Position numbers and translations under genes: made by a program. Below the pieces are notes generated by a model. That model was not told where the DNA came from. It saw nothing but the letters and a program-made list of their open reading frames with translations, and searched no databases. From NCBI GenBank assembly GCA_050633305.1, contig JBOEGF010000065.1, positions 1 through 57,635 on the forward strand: 57,635 nt of DNA, read 5' to 3'. This document shows, piece after piece, positions 42,249 through 52,478 of this stretch (within the stretch, counting starts at the first letter, position 1; every line of letters begins with the position of its first letter). This stretch comes from Nannocystales bacterium (GTDB lineage: Bacteria; Myxococcota_A; Polyangia; Nannocystales; Nannocystaceae).

Positions 42249-43637
42249 CGCGTGTTGGGCTGCGGACTCCCGTTCGACGCCGAGCTTGTGCAGCAGCTCG
42301 CGCAGACCCTTGCGGCTGTAGCCCAAGCGCCGTGCGGCCTCGGAGAGGTTGCTGCCCGTGTCCTGCAGCACGCGCACGCAGAACTGGCGGCGAAACTGCA
42401 TGTCGTTGATCGCCGCCGCCTCCTTGAGCGGTAGGTCGAACAACGTAGGAGCGATCGGAAGTGGGCCCGAGTCGTCGCGTGGCGCGTCGATCTCCCCACC
42501 GTCGAAATCGAAATCCGCCACGGTGACATGGGGCGGCTTGCGACACAGGTAGGCGCCGCGCTCGACCGCGTTCTTTAGCCCCCGCACGTTCCCTGGCCAT
42601 GGCCGCGAGGAGAGGGCCGTGAGTGCGCCACTGTTGAGCACTCGCGGGTCTCCCAGGCGCTCGCCCACGGCCGCGGCAAACCGTGCGGCCAACGACGTGA
42701 TGTCCTCGGGCCGCTCGCGGAGCGGTGGGAGCTCGAGTTCCACCTGTCGGATGCGCTCGAACAGGTCGAGCCGAAACGAGCCGTCGGAGACCATGTCCGA
42801 CAGGCTTCGGTTGGTGGCCGCCACCACCCGTACGTCCACAGGGCGCCCGCGGGTGTCGCCGATGCGATGCACGACGCGCTCCTGCAACACGCGCAGCAGC
42901 TTGGGTTGCAACGTGGAGGGGAGCTCACCCAGCTCGTCGAGAAATAGGGTGCCGCCGTCGGCCTCTTCGAACACGCCTGGGCGATCTTCGGTGGCGCCAG
43001 TGAACGCACCGCGGCGATGACCCAGGATCACCGACTCGGCGAGTTGAGGAGGCAGTGAGGCGCAGTCCAGTGTGACGAGTCGTCCCGTTCGCCCCGAGCG
43101 CTCGTGCAGCGCCCGCGCGAACATCTCCTTGCCCGTGCCGGTCTCGCCGAGCAACAGGGTGGACAGGGGCGTGGGCGCGAGCCTCTCCACTTTGGAGAAC
43201 AGCTCCCGCATCCGCGCGCTGCGACCCACGATGCCGCAGAACTCCTCGGCGCGGGTCGCCGCGACCGCGACGGGCTGCAGCGGGCCGAGCAAGAGCCTGC
43301 ATTCGCCCACGCGAAACTCGGTCTCCTCGAGCAGTGTCGCTGCCTGGATCAGCGCACGTCCGACCCGGGTACCGTTACTGCTGCCTTTGTCGCGGACCTC
43401 CACACCTCGACGCGACAGAGACAACTCGACGTGGGCCGAGCTGACCGAGGCATCGGGCAGCACCAGGTCGTTGCCCTTGCCACGGCCGACGGAGAAGGTC
43501 CGCTTGCCGCTGAGCAAGAATGACTCTCCCTTCAGCGCCCCGGACAGGACCCGTAGCTCAATGGTCTCTGGGCGTTCGACGAGCTCTTCTCCTTCGTCGA
43601 GTACCGACAGCGTGGCGGTGTACTGTTCCTTGTTCAC
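42219..43637 (-). CDS. FHA-domain sigma54-dependent transcriptional activator
   Basis: FHA (VGRG..ND, VSSAH, GSSNGT); [25 protein letters not shown]; Fis-type HTH. Confidence 0.95.
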   Translation of the reverse strand: MNKEQYTATLSVLDEGEELVERPETIELRVLSGALKGESFLLSGKRTFSVGRGKGNDLVLPDASVSSAHVELSLSRRGVEVRDKGSSNGTRVGRALIQAATLLEETEFRVGECRLLLGPLQPVAVAATRAEEFCGIVGRSARMRELFSKVERLAPTPLSTLLLGETGTGKEMFARALHERSGRTGRLVTLDCASLPPQLAESVILGHRRGAFTGATEDRPGVFEEADGGTLFLDELGELPSTLQPKLLRVLQERVVHRIGDTRGRPVDVRVVAATNRSLSDMVSDGSFRLDLFERIRQVELELPPLRERPEDITSLAARFAAAVGERLGDPRVLNSGALTALSSRPWPGNVRGLKNAVERGAYLCRKPPHVTVADFDFDGGEIDAPRDDSGPLPIAPTLFDLPLKEAAAINDMQFRRQFCVRVLQDTGSNLSEAARRLGYSRKGLRELLHKLGVERESAAQHAGTRGSTPVS

Positions 43638-43774
43638 CGATGTTCCTTCCTTGGATCCCGACCGTATCAGTTTTGCGCCTCGGGCCGAACGTGTGAGTTC
43701 CCGGCCCAAGTCATCTCTACTTCTGTAGTTTATACGCTACGTCGCGATTCGTCCAGCCGAGGACCCTCGGGTGG

Positions 43775-44008
43775 ATGAGCGACAACGAGGGAATCGCGGG
43801 AGTCGTCGCCGCGAACATTCGTCGTCACCTCGACCGACGTGGCCTCACCATCACCCAGCTCGCAGAGCTTGCGGGCATCAGCCGCGTGGGTCTCTCGCGC
43901 GTCCTTGGTGGACATGAGGGGGTGACCATCGAGCGACTGTCCAGGATCGCGGACGTTCTCGAGGTCCCGGTGTGGACCTTGCTCAGACCGGGTCGCGGGC
44001 CGACTTGA
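43775..44008 (+). CDS. XRE-family HTH regulator
   Basis: GLTITQLAELAGISRVGLSRVLGG...LSRIADVLEV. Confidence 0.85.
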   Translation: MSDNEGIAGVVAANIRRHLDRRGLTITQLAELAGISRVGLSRVLGGHEGVTIERLSRIADVLEVPVWTLLRPGRGPT

Positions 44009-44073
44009 GGGCGTGGAGGCGTCACGCGACCCCGTACCGTGGGACGCCGCGAGCGCGTGGTTGGGAGGTCGGC

Positions 44074-45123
44074 TCAGTCGATGCGACGGATGCGGAGTTC
44101 CATCGTGGCTTGGTCTTCGGTGTTCGATGAGACGGCGATACGATAGGTGCCGCGGGTGACGGTGAGGGTGTGGGAGATACCCGCTTCGAACGGCTGACCC
44201 TGACCCTGGTCGACCTCGTTCCAGACATCGCCGTTCGAGGGTGGCTCGGGGAGGGCGGCCAGCTCTTCGGTGAGGCAGCCGAGCAGGACGAGTTCGGAGC
44301 CGCCTTGCAGCTCGAGGGTGTAGGTGCCGGCTTCGAGGACCACGGAGCGGACCATCGCGGCTCCGTGGGTGCCGGAGGCGGCGAGGTTTTCGTACTGCGT
44401 GGCATCGGGCGTTTCGCAGGAGAAGGAGAAGGTCTCGGTCCACCCGGCGCCGTCGGGTTGCAGCACTGGGTACGGGCACGGGTGCCGCGGAGGATAAGCA
44501 GCGGGGGCTTCGCGCTCGTACTCATCGACGAGCGACTGAGGGGGCTGGCCGAGCGCGTCTTCGATGCCGTCTTCAAGGATGGCTCGGTAGGCTTTCCACC
44601 CTCGGGTCTCGACGAGGTACCGCGCGAAGTGGCCCGTGGTGACGTAGTTGATGAGTTCGCGTTCGCCCGAGAGGTCGTCGATGCTCAGCGCTTCGAACTG
44701 GCTCTTTCGGGATAACGCCCCGGCTCCGACGACCGCGAAACCTTCGGACCAGAAGTCGGAGGCGAAATCGATCTCCTGGCGCTCGACCGCGTGCGCGAGT
44801 TCATGGCGGATGGACTGCCACGGGCTGAAGATGACATCGAGATCGGGCCGATAGCAGGCCCGGTCTCCCTCATCGCATGCCTCGGGGGTACCGAGGTAGA
44901 TGTCGATAGGTTCGGATCGTCGAAGGCCGGTCAGTCGCTCGAGCTCCTCGACGTGAGCATCGAGGGCGGCAAGGTCACCCGCACAAGGAGGGTGATCGTC
45001 GAGGACGGCGATCGCCGTCCGCTCGGTGAAGTATTGGAGCGGGGGAAGCTCGAGGGGGTCCGGAGCGGCGCATCCGAGCAACGAGCAGATGCCCAGCGCA
45101 AAGAGGATTCTAGCTGCCCGCAC
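44074..45123 (-). CDS. Lipoprotein with HExxH zinc-peptidase motif
   Basis: Lipobox LLGC; HELAH...FWSEGFA; paralog of 7630 and 48545. Confidence 0.7.
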   Translation of the reverse strand: MRAARILFALGICSLLGCAAPDPLELPPLQYFTERTAIAVLDDHPPCAGDLAALDAHVEELERLTGLRRSEPIDIYLGTPEACDEGDRACYRPDLDVIFSPWQSIRHELAHAVERQEIDFASDFWSEGFAVVGAGALSRKSQFEALSIDDLSGERELINYVTTGHFARYLVETRGWKAYRAILEDGIEDALGQPPQSLVDEYEREAPAAYPPRHPCPYPVLQPDGAGWTETFSFSCETPDATQYENLAASGTHGAAMVRSVVLEAGTYTLELQGGSELVLLGCLTEELAALPEPPSNGDVWNEVDQGQGQPFEAGISHTLTVTRGTYRIAVSSNTEDQATMELRIRRID

Positions 45124-45376
45124 CGCCGGAGCCTCCGCTGCCAGGAGTGCACGAGACGCTTTGTTCGGGGATGCAGCCCTGCGGTTGGGCGTCCTCAATC
45201 GTGGGTACGCAGATGACCTCGGACTTGTCCTTGCACTTCACGGCGATGTTCTCGCAGGTGCCACACTCGATTTCGCCATTCGAGCCGACCGTGGGGCCGC
45301 CGTCCTTACAGCTCGCCACGGAGAGGCTCGCGATGGTGAGAATGCTGGCGATTCGGGCAAACTCTCCTACCGTCAT
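45110..45376 (-). CDS. Small Cys-rich lipoprotein
   Basis: 88 aa, lipobox VASC, six further Cys, Gly/Ser tail; overlaps the peptidase start. Confidence 0.6.
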   Translation of the reverse strand: MTVGEFARIASILTIASLSVASCKDGGPTVGSNGEIECGTCENIAVKCKDKSEVICVPTIEDAQPQGCIPEQSVSCTPGSGGSGGAGS

Positions 45377-45603
45377 TGGAGGACTCTATCACTGACGAGC
45401 GACGGCGGGCCGGACTCCGACCTAGAAGGGACAGTCTCTTGTGTGGAAAACACCTCCGGCTCGCGAGCGCATCCATCGGTGTCGAGGCCTTGGGATGCGG
45501 CCGCTTGCGTGTTGCGCCGGTCTGTTGTTCGACCGGCCCGGGTGTCGATTCGAGAAATCGGAAGCAAGAGCAATAATCGCTGTGCTCCCGTCGTCTCGGA
45601 TCG

Positions 45604-46467
45604 GTGATGGATCTGGAAACACTGAAGGGCTTCTGGGACCTGCTCTCGACCTCGCCGGGACTCGCCCTACTGGTCGTGCTGGCCGGAACCGTCACTTGGG
45701 CGATCAAGACCGACGCGCTCGGGTTCGTCTCGCGACGAAAGCGACAACGCAGAGCCGATGTCTTTGACACCTACGAGAAGCTTGCATCGCTGGACGCTCT
45801 GACGGACGAGGAACGAGTCTCGGTGATCGCGGAGCTGCGGGAGGCGGGGGAAGGGCTTCGGGGTCTGTCTCTGACGTCGGAGGCCGGCGGTGACAAACCC
45901 GAGACGGAGCCGGAGGTTCAGCTACCGCCAGTCACCAAGCACACGGTCCGTGTCGCGGACGGTGTGCTTTCACTCTTCGTAGGTCTGCTCCTCGCTGCCA
46001 TGCCACTGATGTTTCTCGGCATGACTGTTTTGGGGCTGTCGATGCTCGCCACGCCCGGCGGTGGCGTGCAAGGCGTGGTCGTTGGTCTCTTGATGAGCGT
46101 TGGCGGGGTTTGGTCAGGGGTGAAAGTGGGTTCGGGTCTACTTCGAGGCCTGGCGGGGAAGTTCCCTCATCGGCTTCGCCGCGTCGCGGAAGGACTCGAT
46201 TGGTTGGGGCGCCGGACAGAGACCGTACGGACTCTTGGGCTGCTGGGGTTTCTCGGGTTGGGCTACCTGTTTGTCGTACTGGCGCTATCGGTGGCTACGT
46301 ACTCCCTCGCGGCCGAGTCGGAATCCTTCGTGGGAGTGACGGTGGCTGTGGGCGTCGGAGCACTGACGTTGGCCATCGCGGTCAAGGGGATGGCGAAGGT
46401 GCTGTGGTTCCTTGGTGTCTTCGATTCGGCGGAAGCCCAAGCCGACCCGGACGCTACGGGCGGGTAG
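45604..46467 (+). CDS. Multi-pass membrane protein
   Basis: N-terminal TM, RRADVFDTYEKL, four further hydrophobic segments; paralog at 53003. Confidence 0.7.
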   Translation: MMDLETLKGFWDLLSTSPGLALLVVLAGTVTWAIKTDALGFVSRRKRQRRADVFDTYEKLASLDALTDEERVSVIAELREAGEGLRGLSLTSEAGGDKPETEPEVQLPPVTKHTVRVADGVLSLFVGLLLAAMPLMFLGMTVLGLSMLATPGGGVQGVVVGLLMSVGGVWSGVKVGSGLLRGLAGKFPHRLRRVAEGLDWLGRRTETVRTLGLLGFLGLGYLFVVLALSVATYSLAAESESFVGVTVAVGVGALTLAIAVKGMAKVLWFLGVFDSAEAQADPDATGG

Positions 46468-46807
46468 TCGAGGGGTTGGGTCCCAGGGCAGTTGTGCGAC
46501 AGCTCGTTGCACAACTGCGGTCCGCGAGAGCGTCAGCAAACGCGAGCATGTAGCGGAGTTTCAATCCTACCTCCACGCTTCCGAGCGCGTCGGCACTGGC
46601 TGCGCCCTCAGATGTCAAAGGCTCGACACGACGATAAACGCAATGCCGGCGATGAATCCAACGCCGAGCGGGAGCGCCTGCTTGAGGTTCATGCCCGGGA
46701 GTGTAGCCGCCCGACCAGGACCTCCCGTAGATCCTGGCTTGGCGTGCAATCTCGACGGCTCGCCATCGGACCGGAGATGGTTCCGGCGTCCATTCGCGTA
46801 GCCTGGG

Positions 46808-47233
46808 CTACTTCGCCCAGTAGCGTGTGCCTCTCGCCTTGCCCTTGGAGTAGGCCTTCTTCTCCTCGATGAGTCGAGCCAAGCCAGTCCGCCCCTGCAG
46901 CGATGTGCCTCCGCACGCGGCCAGGATTGCCGACGCTGCCACAGGCTCCGCTTTCGATGCGTTCTCCTTGAGCCAAGCACGGACTGCCTTGTCATAAGCA
47001 GCACGGCCCTCGGCGGTGCGGGTGTTGACCTCCGTGGCTGAGGCCTCGTCCTTCGGGGCAGCGGCCTTTGGTTTCGGGGCTGCCGCGCTTGCCGCGGGGG
47101 CCTTCGCGGTCTTGGCCTTCGGAGCTGCGGCACCCTCGACGGCGAACCCAACCATATCGGCCACGGACGTGCCGGTCTTGGCCGAGAGTTCAGCAAGGGT
47201 CATCGCGGAGACGAAGGATTCCAACGGGTTCAT
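46808..47233 (-). CDS. Ala/Lys-rich putative DNA-binding protein
   Basis: PKAKTAKAPAA linker; winged-helix-like C-terminus ending KGKARGTRYWAK. Confidence 0.6.
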   Translation of the reverse strand: MNPLESFVSAMTLAELSAKTGTSVADMVGFAVEGAAAPKAKTAKAPAASAAAPKPKAAAPKDEASATEVNTRTAEGRAAYDKAVRAWLKENASKAEPVAASAILAACGGTSLQGRTGLARLIEEKKAYSKGKARGTRYWAK

Positions 47234-47413
47234 CCGGCGGAGCCTACAAGTTTCGAGGCTTCACGTCCCAGCAGCCCGTGGTGAAAGTCGGCGCGGCGCG
47301 TCGCGAAGGGTTTTTCGCTCCTGGGTAGGAACCGAAATGCCGCTGTACCGGGCGTAATGCACGTTTTGGCGACGGTTAGCACGCGGGCCAGGGCGACTGC
47401 ATCCCCTCGTCGG

Positions 47414-47491
47414 GTCGCGGAAGGACTCGATTGGTTGGGGCGCCGGACGCAGATCGTACGGACTCTGGGGGTGTTGGGGCTTCTCGGGTTG
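47414..47491 (+). repeat. Duplicated internal fragment of the 45604 gene
   Basis: GTCGCGGAAGGACTCGATTGGTTGGGGCGCCGGAC... matches 46183-46260. Confidence 0.85.
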
Positions 47492-47525
47492 TGGCGTGAG
47501 CCGTGGCCGAGCTGAGGGGGCCGAG

Positions 47526-48086
47526 CTAGCAGGCGCAGCCGCGCGACTGATGGCAGGTCTTGGACCGCGAGATGCAGGAGTCGCCGCAAGGTTGCGAGTT
47601 GCGGCAGACCTTGCAGCAGGAGCTTTGCGTCGCCTTCGCTGGGGCAGGAGCGGGGCGCGTAGGCTTGCGGTCTTTCAAGGCGGCGTCGAGGGCAGCGTCG
47701 ATGTCGTCGGCGGGATCTGGTGTTGGTGCCGACGACTCGCCTGGCTCATGTCTCGGCTGTGGCGAACGTTTCTTTCGGTTGTTCCTACGGGGCTTCTTGT
47801 GCTTCGGCTTCTTCTTCTCTGCACGCTTCGGCTCTTCAGGCGGCGGCGGTGGAGCCTGCGGTGCGGGCTCGGCCATGACGCTCGCAGCGGCTGGAGTCGA
47901 ACTCGGAGTCTCTTGCGTGGCGGGTTGCCTCGAGCCAGGGCACACGATGTTGAAGCAGGCGATCGGAAGCACGAACAGGGCGAGGAGGCCGACGAGGCCA
48001 GAGATGGCCTTGTTCTTCGCTCGCGTTGTTCTCCGTTTGGAGTTCGTAATGGCTCGCGTGATCGGGTTCCACTGCTTCCGTCCCAT
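47526..48086 (-). CDS. Membrane-anchored protein with C-terminal Cys-rich domain
   Basis: One TM segment, Pro/Lys-rich linker, CCKVCRNSQPCGDSCISRSKTCHQSRGCAC. Confidence 0.65.
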   Translation of the reverse strand: MGRKQWNPITRAITNSKRRTTRAKNKAISGLVGLLALFVLPIACFNIVCPGSRQPATQETPSSTPAAASVMAEPAPQAPPPPPEEPKRAEKKKPKHKKPRRNNRKKRSPQPRHEPGESSAPTPDPADDIDAALDAALKDRKPTRPAPAPAKATQSSCCKVCRNSQPCGDSCISRSKTCHQSRGCAC

Positions 48087-48204
48087 CTGGCCCTCGGGTT
48101 CGGCGAGGCTACACGGGGAGGTATCCCGGCTGGTTGGATTTCACGGGGCGTTGGTGGTTCGAGCCGGGTGTGGTGATTCTCGGTCGTGCATTCGACTCTT
48201 CGTT

Positions 48205-48329
48205 GTGATGCGGTCGATTGTTCGGGCGGTGGGTTTGGTTGTGTGGGCGGGCGCAAGGCTTGCTGGTTGGAGTGTTCGGGTGACTTACTTTGAGACGCTC
48301 GAGGGGCCGGCGTGTCCTGGATCGCGGAC
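48205..48329 (+). repeat. Non-coding repeat B copy 1
   Basis: Core TTGCTGGTTGGAGTGTTCGGGTGACTTACTTTGAGACG is identical in the copy at 53965-54090. Confidence 0.85.
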
Positions 48330-48544
48330 ACTGGGCATGGGGGGCTCGGGAATTCTTGCGACCTCGTCCTCAAAAATGCCGGACAGCGATCGCAAAACTG
48401 GCTGTACTGGTACGGTCCGTACGCCTGAGGGTCGTCGGTCGTAGCGTCGCGGTACTCGACCCAGAGAAGCGTGTTGCGGCCGGGCACCCTGACCGCCGCT
48501 GACTCCCGGGGCGGACGACTAATCCTCGGTCCCGGCCGCCGGGG

Positions 48545-49442
48545 CTACTCAACAGGCGTCAGCGTGAACCGAATCGGTTGCGGCTCCCCGGAGTCGTTCG
48601 CGAGCAGGACGATCCGGTAGGTCGAAGCCGGGAGGAAGACCTCCTGGTCCGTGCCGAATTCGAGTCGTCGTAGGCAGCGAGCAGTCAAGCGCCGCATTGA
48701 CCTCGAACACCCCGTCCGTCCCTGCCAGGATGCGCTCGTCGTCGCAGGCGAACGGAGACGGCATTACGTCGGGAACCTCCAGATCGTAGACCTGCTCCAT
48801 CTGCGCGAGGGTCATTCCGTACACCCCCTCGAATGGCTCGCCCTCGAAGACCCTGAGAACGGGGTCGATTCCTCGAGATTGCATCAACCACCGGATGAAA
48901 TGCGCCGGAATAGCGTACAGCACGTCGTCAGACGTCGACTCGGCAACGAGGTCCGCGGGAAGGTAAAGGGTGGGATGTTCGCTCAAGGCATCGGCAAACC
49001 CCTCGTACCAGAACCTCACGAAAGTTGGGTCAAGGTCATTTGATACGGAGTGGACCAACTCGTGCGCCAGTGACTGCGGAACCCCAAGGGCAATGCGTTC
49101 GTCGCGGTGGTAGCAACCTTGCACGTCCCGCTGACAACCAGGAACCTCGAAGACACTGCTCTCAGCGGCAGCAGTGAGGACCTCATCCTCATCGAAGGCG
49201 TAGACCGTCCTCAGCCGCCCCCCTTCCACGCCCAGTAGTTGCTCAGTGCGTTGCGTGTGTATGTCCAACCAGCGTAGGTCGCCCTCGCAGAGTGGCTCCT
49301 CAAACGCCGTGGCAACTTCCACTTCCTCGGTGAGGTAGCGAATGGTTCGCTCGTCATGCTCGTCCTCGGGCGCCTCGCAACCGGCCACGAGGGTGGCGGT
49401 TGCGAGGCAAAGAGCTTGCCTGGTCAGCGAACGAGCGTCCAC
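48545..49442 (-). pseudogene. HExxH peptidase lipoprotein, internally deleted and frameshifted
   Basis: Lipobox VAGC; HELVH...FWYEGFA; natural C-terminus STYRIVLLANDSGEPQPIRFTLTPVE* (compare GTYRIAV in 44074) lies in another frame after ~48650. Confidence 0.65.
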
Positions 49443-50011
49443 GTCAAGTTTACGGTACTGCTTCCACGTGTAAGCGTCACGTTGAAGCTGCTTGTGCCGC
49501 TGAGGAACGCGTTGAATGCCTTCTCGGCGCCGCCCCACGTGGTTACGTCTTGCCCGTTGATGCTCTGGACCTTGTCGCCGTTGCGCAGCCCCACCGCGTA
49601 GAGCAGCTCGCCACTGTTGGCGTCCGCCACCTCGAAACCTCCCGGGATCGGGACAAGTTTGGCATCGTCACATGACCACAACGGAGCCGAGCTATTGAAC
49701 GCCAAGCTCTCTGCGAAGGTTTCGTTGATCTCGTACACCCCTGAAACGACGTCGACCTCGCGGGAAGGTAGCCAACCGGAGCAGCTTCCGACAGCTGATG
49801 CGGATTCGCAGGGGTTGACGATGTAGTCGTGCATCTCCAGCGGCGTCCCGTTCGCATCAACACGAGCTTCGCAGGAGTCCCCGCAGGCCTCCTGGTCTGC
49901 CCAACACGCGAAACTGATATCGGACGCCACCTCTCCTGTGCAGACGCATTTCGCAGGCAGCGACCCAGCCGAGATGCAGTAGTCGCAGATTGACTGGTCT
50001 CCATCTGTTCC
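49424..50011 (-). pseudogene. Cys-rich PDZ-like protein, 5'-truncated at motif C
   Basis: C-terminus ELLYAVGLRNGDKVQSING parallels 6569; frame stays Cys-rich (GTDGDQSICDYC..CVC) up to 50011; no signal peptide beyond. Confidence 0.7.
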
Positions 50012-50045
50012 GTAAGTCCTCGCCGTGCCGGCCGTGCCGGGCAGA
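50012..50045 (+). repeat. Motif C copy 1 (GTAAGTCCTC + 2x GCCGTGCCN + GGCAGA)
   Basis: Direct repeat with 55767 and 57615. Confidence 0.85.
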
Positions 50046-50237
50046 CGAGGCGACGTCCATTTGCTCTACTCCCTCCCCTCGGCGCAGCCGGGCATCAGGG
50101 CATCACACGCATCTTGCCCACCAACATTGGCGCGAGGCAAGCTGTCGGTCGAGGCTCAGCCGTTCAAGCGGCGATGTTCGGCGCAGTCGGCCACGACCTC
50201 GGCCAACAGCCCGCGCGGTCCGGTAGTCTCGTTGCAC

Positions 50238-52478
50238 ATGCCTTTGTTTGAGGCGGAAAACCTAGAACTCGTCGTAGGCGAGAGACCACGTCTGCTCAAC
50301 CTAGCGATCGATGCGGACTCGCCGGAACCGCCGCCCGAGTCGAGCGCGTTGTTCGGTCCTCTGGTCGAACTCGCCACTGGGATCGACCAAATCTCACTCG
50401 AGGCGGACTGGAGAGCGGCGGCCCGGGGTGTGGTCGAACGCTTGCGGGAAACCACGATCATCTCGCCGCCCTATCTTGGCCGAAGTAGAGCACGATCGCT
50501 CGGCTTCAATCTACAGCACGACCTTTCCCTGGAGGTCCTCCGCGAGTTGTCGTCTGTTGCGCAAGCGGGCGCCTCCCTGTGGGTGTTGCTCCGAGGGGGA
50601 ACGCTCCATTGGAGCGGAAGCCGTGAGCTCCTCGAGCACCTGTGGAGCTTGGATCCGATCTTCGAGATCGTGGAGTTGCCCAGTCTCTTCAAGGGCAACC
50701 CTTGGCTTCCGGGTTCCGCGACCCTGATTGGACTTGGCGGCCCCGAGGGCCGACCGACGCGCAGCATTACGCTCGTCGACGGAGACGCGCTCCTTGGTAC
50801 GCCGAGGCCAAGGGCAGCCAGCTACCTCGATGAGTTGAGAACACGGTGCGGAAGCTCCAATCCTCTCGGCAGAGACTTCATCTGGGACTCGCCCGCCAGC
50901 CCTCTTCGACTCGAAGCACGAGAGATGCTTGAGGTGGAAGAACAACTTGCGGCGGCCGCGGGACCCACCGCGCGACTGGGTGACATGGTCGATTTCGTCC
51001 CAACCCGGCGCTCCAGGCCTCGTCGGCCCGAAGAGCAAAGCGGCAAAGAACCTCAGCTGACCGGCCGCGACCTCGCCGCCTCGGAGGTTCTTGAGCGCGA
51101 TACACTTGAGGAGCGAGCTCTCTTCGGAGACGTGCCTGACGACCGCCGGTTGAGGGCCGGTGACATCGCCTTCCCCAAAGTGTCCTCGCGCCACCGCGTG
51201 CGGGTTACGGTGATCACCGCGGCTCTCGAGGGGGTCGTTCCCAGTGACTCCGTTGTCGTGCTTCGACCTCACGAGCCGACACATGCTGATTTCTTGGTCG
51301 ACTACCTCCAGTCCGACTTCGCCATTGAGTGGATCGGAACACATGCCGCGAGAATCCGGGATGACATCCGGATGAGCCGAGAGGCCCTCTTGGACCTCCC
51401 TATCCCGCAGTCGGACGCTACGATTCGCTCCCACCTCAAGGACCTCCGTATGACCGCGGACGCGTTGCGGGGGGTCGCGCAGGACTACGAACGGGCGAGG
51501 CGGGCAACGTTCACTGTGACGAACATCGGCGAGCAGTTGAAGGTCACGCAGCGCCTTGGGGTGGAGGCGCGTCTCGTTACGGATTTGCTCCAGAGCATGC
51601 ACGACCCACTCATGCGCGCCGTGAGAACCTATCCCTTACCGCTCGCCCAAGGCATCCGCTGTCGAGCTACCGAGGTGCAAGCGGATCGCCGGTATAAGGC
51701 TGCGCTCGACGTCTTCGAGTCGGTAATCACCTACCTAGCAGCGCTCCTGGTGGCCGACTTACGTGCGGACGCCGGATCCATCACGAGTACCAAGAAGCTG
51801 TTAAAGACGTTTCGCCGCAGAGATAGGGGCCCTTCCCTTGGCGATTGGCTTGGCGTCTTGCGAAACGCACCAGCGCTGCCTGAAGGCAAAGTGCTCGAGA
51901 GTTCGGCGTTTCCAGAGCTACGGCTCCTCTGTACTGAGGACGACACCCACGAGTTTTGGACCAGCTGCACGGTTTTGAGTGCGCGGAGGAATGACCTTGC
52001 GCATGGTCGAGGCCCTAGGACCGATTTGGAATTTGAACGCGCCGAAGCCGACGTGACCCCCGCATTTGAAAGGGTACTGGAATCCGTCGCGTTTCTAGCC
52101 GGCTATCCGCTGCGTGACGTCGTGGAGTCATCATTCGATGCTCTGACCGGCAGAAGAGGAGTTTCGTTTCGCGAGTTGATGGGGGACCAGCCGACGCTGC
52201 CCTTGATCCAGCGCACGGCAGCTCACGAGTACGGGCAGGGTCTCCACGTGTTAGGGCGAGACGGTAAGATGATTCTCATCTCGCCGTGGTTGGAAACTGG
52301 CGAGTGCCCGGTCTGCCATCAGCGCGAGGTCGCAGCACCCGAATCCTGGACAGCGGCACCGGAGGACCGCATGCGCTACAAGAGCCTGACCACCGGCCAC
52401 CTTCGTACGATGCGATCCCAGCAACTTGAGCGACTTTGCCAGTTCGTCGACATCCCGGCGCTCGACCCGCCCCCGTAG
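50238..52478 (+). CDS. Restriction-modification-related fusion: degenerate MTase-like + TRD-like + RxxxxH domain
   Basis: IISPPY; ARLGDMV...LRAGDIAF...DFLVDYLQS...LLDLPIP (HsdS/TRD-like); RRNDLAHG; CPVC; start uncertain. Confidence 0.65.
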   Translation: MPLFEAENLELVVGERPRLLNLAIDADSPEPPPESSALFGPLVELATGIDQISLEADWRAAARGVVERLRETTIISPPYLGRSRARSLGFNLQHDLSLEVLRELSSVAQAGASLWVLLRGGTLHWSGSRELLEHLWSLDPIFEIVELPSLFKGNPWLPGSATLIGLGGPEGRPTRSITLVDGDALLGTPRPRAASYLDELRTRCGSSNPLGRDFIWDSPASPLRLEAREMLEVEEQLAAAAGPTARLGDMVDFVPTRRSRPRRPEEQSGKEPQLTGRDLAASEVLERDTLEERALFGDVPDDRRLRAGDIAFPKVSSRHRVRVTVITAALEGVVPSDSVVVLRPHEPTHADFLVDYLQSDFAIEWIGTHAARIRDDIRMSREALLDLPIPQSDATIRSHLKDLRMTADALRGVAQDYERARRATFTVTNIGEQLKVTQRLGVEARLVTDLLQSMHDPLMRAVRTYPLPLAQGIRCRATEVQADRRYKAALDVFESVITYLAALLVADLRADAGSITSTKKLLKTFRRRDRGPSLGDWLGVLRNAPALPEGKVLESSAFPELRLLCTEDDTHEFWTSCTVLSARRNDLAHGRGPRTDLEFERAEADVTPAFERVLESVAFLAGYPLRDVVESSFDALTGRRGVSFRELMGDQPTLPLIQRTAAHEYGQGLHVLGRDGKMILISPWLETGECPVCHQREVAAPESWTAAPEDRMRYKSLTTGHLRTMRSQQLERLCQFVDIPALDPPP

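Noticed and set aside
36446..42434. Long + strand ORFs (907 aa, 647 aa)
   Set aside because: Antisense shadows of vgrG/PAAR, typical of high-GC DNA.
46615..46692. 25-aa hydrophobic peptide MNLKQALPLGVGFIAGIAFIVVSSL as a toxin
   Set aside because: No charged tail or terminator; looks like the N-terminus of a frameshifted remnant.
51756..51762. Extra GACTTAC core
   Set aside because: Isolated 7-mer inside a coding region with no flanking similarity; expected by chance.
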